Source of the DNA: Chara braunii
Lineage: Eukaryota; Plantae; Charophyceae
Assembly: GCA_003427395.1 (NCBI GenBank)
Contig: BFEA01000001.1
Coordinates: 13,639,373 to 13,687,942 of the forward strand
Length of the DNA: 48,570 nt
Reading direction: 5' to 3'
Part shown: positions 47,938 through 48,570 of the stretch, piece after piece
How positions within the stretch are numbered: the first letter of the stretch is position 1
Layout: the number at the start of each line of letters is the position of its first letter
Position numbers and translations under genes: made by a program
The notes under the pieces: generated by a model
The model's input: the letters and a program-made list of their open reading frames with translations, nothing else
Database searches by the model: none
Told to the model about the DNA's origin: nothing

Positions 47938-48570
47938 TGACGCTTGGATAATTGGGTTGCATAGGGTTGCACGCGAGAGGTTGATCTTATCGTACCTTTT
48001 TTGGGGTTGCGTGGCGACTACTGCCATGTAAAATGGGTAAATGAATATGGCAACTCAGGCCTTGTGTGGCCTTTTTAGAATATAGGATCTGTTCATGTGG
48101 CAGGGTGGAGGGTGCGGTGAGGAATTAGCACCAGGGATGGGCATCACGGTTGCCTGTGAATCTATTGTGTACTGCCACGTGGATGCTATGATGAATTTGC
48201 ATGTGTTCTTGCCTTCTTTGATTACCCCTCTATCTTATCGATTGCGGTGCTGTGGGGGTTTTGTTGTGTGATTGATAAGATTTTCAGAGTAGGCAAAGAT
48301 AGAGGATTCTGATGGGGGGTTGCATTAAGTGACTTTCTACTTCCCCTACTGCTGACTACCTCTCCTCCTCATGGCATGGTAAGGATTTACGTGGTAGATG
48401 ACGAGGGTTAGAGTAGGGATACGATTCCGGATTTGGATGGGCAGTTAATCCCCTCAGTTGAGGGCAATCAATGCTACTCATCAGGCGTTCGTTCGGTGTG
48501 CTTACGTGTCGGTTTGGATGACTATTCACATGATCACTCCCTGTAGAAGGAAGGACACGTGGCATGCCTA

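Overview
This is eukaryotic, repeat-saturated draft-assembly DNA with five N gaps and a residual Nextera junction adapter. Its style (plant-type gene, TE-filled introns, plant-type mitochondrial rps2 fragment) suggests a streptophyte alga or early land plant such as Chara; that assignment is an inference. The one convincing host gene, which the ORF track misses, is a 5-exon MAPEG-family microsomal glutathione S-transferase 3-like gene on +: join(3167..3282,16870..16945,19483..19551,22808..22911,30386..30458), 145 aa over 27.3 kb, all introns GT-AG. Its introns and flanks hold a decayed Penelope-like RT interrupted twice by a TTAA-site MITE, a chromodomain-bearing Ty3/Gypsy relic, L1/Tx1 LINE relics, hAT- and Mutator-like MITEs, tRNA-like SINE heads and many simple or tandem repeats. 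Three observations stand out. (1) A ~110-bp repeat family, mostly next to (TA)n, carries a hammerhead-ribozyme core (at least 7 copies). (2) One of those copies is fused in the same orientation to a mitochondrial rps2 fragment. (3) A minus-strand coding relic at ~690-2000 contains two GT-AG introns that resemble each other (introner-like). An intact 385-aa acidic/Asn-rich orphan ORF follows an LTR-like repeat at the right end.
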